Positions 59,281 to 64,000 of a stretch of 64,000 nucleotides of DNA are shown one piece after another. This DNA is from Podarcis cretensis (Eukaryota), in the NCBI GenBank assembly GCA_951804945.1, contig OX638162.1, positions 30,194,001 through 30,258,000 of the forward strand, read 5' to 3'. Every line of letters begins with the position of its first letter. The first letter of the stretch is position 1. The position numbers and the translations under genes were made by a program. The notes under the pieces are model-generated. The model saw only the letters and a program-made list of their open reading frames with translations. It did not search any database and was not told where the DNA came from.

Positions 59281-61254
59281 TGCTGTAAGCGGGGGTGGGG
59301 GTGGGGCCTTATTGTGAATCCATCATCACCGACAGAGCATTCCCTGGTGAGGTTTGGGCTGAAGGCAGCTACTGCATGCTGAAGGAACTTGAGATGGTCA
59401 GCCTTCGGAGACCAATGGAATCTGATGGATGCTTTAATTCTCTGGTGGATTTGTAGATATTAAACCCACCTGCAATACAAGAAACTGCACCAAGAGCTGT
59501 TTCAAGGATACAGCTCAACCCTCCCTGGCTCCTTGATCTTCTTGCCTTTTGTTGTGGGTGGCAGCTACCAGGCCCAGCAGCTTCAGATGCCCAGAAAGGC
59601 TGGGCCTGTGAGCCACCACTCCATCACCTTTCCCAAGGGGTGGTGAGGCATCTAATCATAGCCTGCATTTTTAATCAAAGCTTATATTTTAAAATTCCTG
59701 TATATTAAAATGAGCTTAAAGATTTTCAAATGTTAAATGCCAGGCAGAAGACCAGCTGCCTAAGAACCTTGGCAAGATGTTTATCCTCCTGGACAAGGGG
59801 GCCCCCTGATTTATAGCAGAAAACAATTCTCAAAGTCCTAAAAAGGGAATTACAGGCTGAGAGCCAAGGTTACACTGACCCTACATATTACAGAAGATAA
59901 AAAAGCAGAGAAAAACATAATTAAGAGTGGGTAAATAGTAAAATAAAACCATGTGCCTCCCATTAAACTTGAGCCATATTTTCCTAAGGTTAAAAGGCCA
60001 AGAGCATCTGGCTGGCAGAAAGGGAGGGAGTATTTTGGGAAGTCTTTTTCTAAAGTTGTTTCTTTCTTAAACTGAGATCCTTTTAAGATTTCTTTTCCTT
60101 TTAAAAGGTTATTTATGTTATGTATTAAATATATTGGCTTAAATGTAATTATGCAAAGGAATTAGAAGCTAAGAAATGTTAAATCCTTATGCTAGATTCT
60201 TATTTCATATAGTTGGAAGAGACCACAGGGGCCATCGGCCCAGCCCCCCCTGCCAGGCAGGAGGCATCATTGGAGCACACATATGGTTGTCAGGCCTTTG
60301 TTTAAAGACCTCCAAAAGAAGGAGATCTTTCAATGATGATGTGAACTCAAGATCCTTGACATCTGTTTAAGATAAAAATTTAAGATTAACCATCTGCTTT
60401 GGAGGGCAATAGGGCAAGGAGGGCAAGAGGTGAGCTGGTAATTAAGGTTCCTTGTTGAGACAAATGTAAGATATATGACTATTTATTTGTCATTTATAGA
60501 TAGAAGAATATATAGCTTTTTGTTTCCCATAAAAGGCAAAAAGGAAATGCGTGTATCTTTTGTGATTGGTTCTAACAAACAGCCAATAGGAATTTCAATC
60601 AGGCTGATTGGACAGAGGCAGCCACAGGAGGAGCAAGGGGGCTGGATTAAGGAAATATAAGTGCTGGCCATAACGGCAGGAGGCCAGGCCAGAGCTTGGT
60701 AACCATATACCACTGTGCCTCTCATTTATTTGTCTGACAAATAAATTATTATTTTAATTTCTCTATTGCTGCGTTGAATATTTCATTCCAGCTAAGCGTT
60801 AACCACAAGAAGGGTGCTACAGTGACAGCAGCAGCAGCACTGCAGGGATCTGGTGGGGGACAGGGAGCAGAGACCGCAAAGGGCCTCTGTTCTGAGTGTG
60901 ACTTTATTGCAGTTGCAAGCAGAACTCACTGGAAAGAAGCAGGCACCTCAAGTGAGGAAGCCGCTGTGTTGTGGTTTTTGCATCTGCTCTCCAACACTGT
61001 ACTACCCCCTGCCAACCCGGCTGCACATGCTCCAACTATCAGCTCTGAGTCTCCCACTGCAAAGCAGCTCCCAAATGCTCCTCTGCCTCCTTTCTTCCAG
61101 GGATGCCCCCTTCCAAGGCCAGAAAAGAGAGAGCCCTAGCCATCGTCACACTGACAGTCTTTTGTCCAGCCCCACTGGGGAAATATCCATCCATCGAGAC
61201 CTCAGCCCAGCCATGGTCCGGGCAACAGGGCTCGCCTTGATCTGTGGGTGGGGG

Positions 61255-62519
61255 TCACACATGGCTAGTGGGGCCCAGAACAGCCTGGGGGGAGTCCTTT
61301 GCAGCCTGGTCCAGGCCTGCGGCTGAAATGCTCTGCAGCAGCTGCTCAGCAGCAGGCCTGGAGCCTGGCTGGCTGTGGCCACCTCCTAAGGCGCAGTAAT
61401 CATTGCTGCCAAAGAGGAGGAGGAGGGCGGGTGTCTCCGTCTCCAGTGGGCCCTGTTCTTGGAAGGTGAAGCCCCACTCGCATGGCAAAGAAGAGGAGCT
61501 CTCCTGCTCTGTTTCCCCAGAGGGAAGGGGTGCCTCTGCTTCAGGCTGCGGCTGCTTCAGGTCTCCCTCGAGGCCTCTCTGTTTGCTGGCCATATATTGA
61601 TAGTCTGGCATCTCGGGCGGGGGGCAAGTGCTCTCTTTGGACAGGGCCTCATCCTCTGGCAGCGGTTGGCAGAAGGAAAGCCGGGAAATGCCTGCTGGGG
61701 GGGCTTTATCCTCCTCGCCCCCCTTGCTGTGGTCCCAGGGCATCTCTTTGTCCTCGTTGCCACCGCTCTTTTCTGCCAGGCCAGCCCAGCGCTGGAAGAG
61801 AGCAGAAAATAGCCTCAGGTTCCCCACCTGGAATGGCTTTCCATGCCAGAAGCCAGCATGAACATGATCCTGCTGTCCCCTCAGCTACTGCTGGAGTCAG
61901 TGTGCACCTCTTCTTGGGCTTCCTGCTACTTGCAGGGTGTGTGTGTATGTGCATTCCTAGACACCTGGAGAACTTGGTTGGTTGAGATTAGTTTCTTTTA
62001 GTTACATGATTTATGCGCTGCTTCAGATTTCCAAAACTACATTTTGGAAACTACAACTAATCCAGAATGCAGCAGCTAGACTGGTGACTGGGGGCAGGCG
62101 CTGGGACCATACGCAATGGTCCTGAAATACCTACATTGGCTCCCAGTACATTTCCAAACAAAATTCAAAGTGTTGGTGCTGACCTTTAAAGCTCTAAGCG
62201 GCCTTGGCCCTCTATACCTGAAGGAGTGTCTCCACTCCCATTGCTCAGCCTGGACACTGAAATCTAGTGCTGAGGGCCTTCGGCGGTTCCCTCACTGCGA
62301 GAAGTGAGGTTATAGGGAACTAGGAAAGGCTTTCTCAGTAGTGGCACCCACCCTGTCGAACGCCCTCCCATCAGAAGTCAAGGAGATACAGTAAGTAACT
62401 ATAAAACCTTTAGAAGACATCTGAAGGCAGCCCTGCATAGGAAAGTTTTTAATGTTTAATGTTTTATTATGTTTTTATATATGCTGGAAGCTACTCAGAC
62501 TGGCTGGGGCAACCCAGTC

Positions 62520-62570
<51 letters not shown>

Positions 62571-63723
62571 CAAAGAATTCTCCAAGCAGTTTACAACCTG
62601 CCTTCAAGTGAGGAAACCAGGTCCTGCCTAGGCCACAAAGCTGCCAGCCTGACACCCACATCTCCCACCACTACCAGAGAGGGACCCAGACGACAATACC
62701 AAAACCTTGCCCAGGAAGCCATCTCTGCAGCTGAAACCCCCTTCTCTTCTGAAAGGATGGGAGGCCCACTTCTCCATGGCAGCCTGAGAATTACACCCCA
62801 CCCTCCCCGGCTTGGTACTCAGCCATCATCAGGTTCAATGTGGCTCCTCCCGAGATCATGGTTGTTACCTTGAAATCCCCACTGTGTGAGAGATAAAGGG
62901 GCTGGAAATAAGCTGCTGGGCTGGGGATGTTTGCGCTGCAATGGCCCTTGGACCTGTGGAAAGAGAGAACCACAGCCCATGGGAAAACACCCCTTCTCTT
63001 CTTCCAGCCTCCCACAGTCCATCTTCCCCGGATGCTGGTGGTGTACAAATAATTGTCTCCTCTTTCTGCCCCTATTCCACCTCCTTGGTGCATGTCAACC
63101 CCAGGGAGGAAAAGAGAAAGCACAGGCAACCTCCTGCCCACCTGCTGGGCCAATTTGGAGCTGGAGAGTAGAGTCTGGTTGTATGCAAATGCCCTAGAAG
63201 GGCAGGTGTTCACGCAACTGAAGGAAGTGGTGCCTTCATGCACACAAAAGGCTGAGCATCAGCCACACCCAATCCCACTTCAGGGCAGGGCAGAAGGAGA
63301 TAGATATACTGTAGTCTGTGTGCCTTTTATGTGACAGATACCCCTTTCCTGCTGTGGGAACCACAAAAGCCTCCCTTTCCTGTGTCTCTGTTTTCTGTGC
63401 TTGTGCATGCACTAGGCACATTGTGTGGGCGCGAGGGAGTGCAACTCAGGGTAGCAAAGCCATGGGCCAGAGACCCCAACTCCTTCTCTGACCTCATGCG
63501 ATGAGCAAAACACAAATATTGGTGCCTGGGCCCTCCTGGCTGCCTGTATGCAACATCTCCAGGCGAAATGAATGAATGAATGAATGAATGAGTGAATGAG
63601 TGATATACCTCCAGAAGATTGTGAGTACCAGGAGCAGGAACAGCAGGATGCCCAGGCAGAGAAAGAGCAGGTTGAACACATGCTTCAGGAGGTGGGACTC
63701 CCGATGCTGCTGCTGCCCGTTGC
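61255..63723 (-). CDS. IL9R: IL9R-like gamma-c-family type I cytokine receptor: TM exon, Box1 exon and cytoplasmic last exon (5' exons lie beyond the window)
   Basis: Exons 63609-63723 (phase-1 acceptor; TM VFNLLFLCLGILLFLLLVLTIFW), 62869-62953 (RSKGHCSANIPSPAAYFQPLYLSHSGDFK, compared with the human IL9R Box1 NVPSPAMFFQPLYSVHNGNFQ as recalled) and 61255-61791 (RW...SNDYCALG, compared with IL9R NNYCALG). Phases join in frame. IL21R is the main alternative identity. Confidence 0.75.
62040..62515 (+). mobile_element. L2 LINE 3' fragment in the IL9R-like last intron
   Basis: KLQLIQNAAARLVTG and LHWLPVHFQTKFKVLVLTFKALSGLGPLYLKECL, typical of the L2 ORF2 C-terminus. Confidence 0.88.
62526..62568. 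repeat. (TTA)n microsatellite at the L2 tail
   Basis: About 14 ATT units seen directly. Confidence 0.95.
63567..63603. repeat. (GAAT)n microsatellite immediately after the IL9R-like TM exon donor
   Basis: AATGAATGAATG...GAGTGAATGAGTG seen directly. Confidence 0.9.
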
Positions 63724-64000
63724 CTGTGGATGGAATCATCAGCACATCAGTACAGTGGAGGATTGCCCTTGGTTTGCCAAAAAAGGAGCTGGCGACCGAA
63801 GGAATGAGCACAGTTGCATTTTTGTGGGTTTCACTTTGGAACGGCAAACAAGCAGATACACATCTCACCAAGAGCTTATTCAGCCTGTGTGGTGTGTGGG
63901 ATATATTCAGCTCCAGTAAAATACTAAATAAATCTTTGGGGGATGAAACTGGTAGCCGCAGAGAGTCTGTGTCTTGCCCAGGAAGGCAGATTTTTAAAAT

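Noticed and set aside
61792-61827. ORF-track start MGNLRLFSALFQ for the 190-aa ORF
   Set aside because: This part is intronic polypyrimidine tract; the exon begins at 61791 after TCTCTTCCAG.

Overview
Vertebrate genomic DNA with spliced genes and CpG islands. The repeat content (CR1, L2, tRNA-derived SINE, Tc1/mariner and hAT MITEs, Penelope-like elements) points to a squamate reptile, possibly a lacertid lizard; this is an inference. I reconstructed six intron-containing genes exon by exon from splice signals and recognisable peptides. They are GNPTG (5' part, minus, exons 1-5); TSR3 (plus, complete, head-to-head with GNPTG); UBE2I/UBC9, KCTD5 and PDPK1 (all minus, complete); and the last three exons of an IL9R-like type I cytokine receptor (minus). 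Most ORFs in the supplied track are shadow ORFs of GC-rich islands or fragments of exons. I found no clearly new multi-gene system. The main observations worth follow-up are: a cluster of substitutions in the PDK1 alphaB/alphaC (PIF-pocket) region; no BAIAP3 between TSR3 and UBE2I; an IL9R-like tail lacking the YLPQ STAT-docking motif; a candidate KCTD5 cassette exon giving an acidic C-terminus; a U12 intron in PDPK1; and several transposon insertions that may supply gene signals. Comparisons to human proteins and gene order are from memory and need confirming by alignment.
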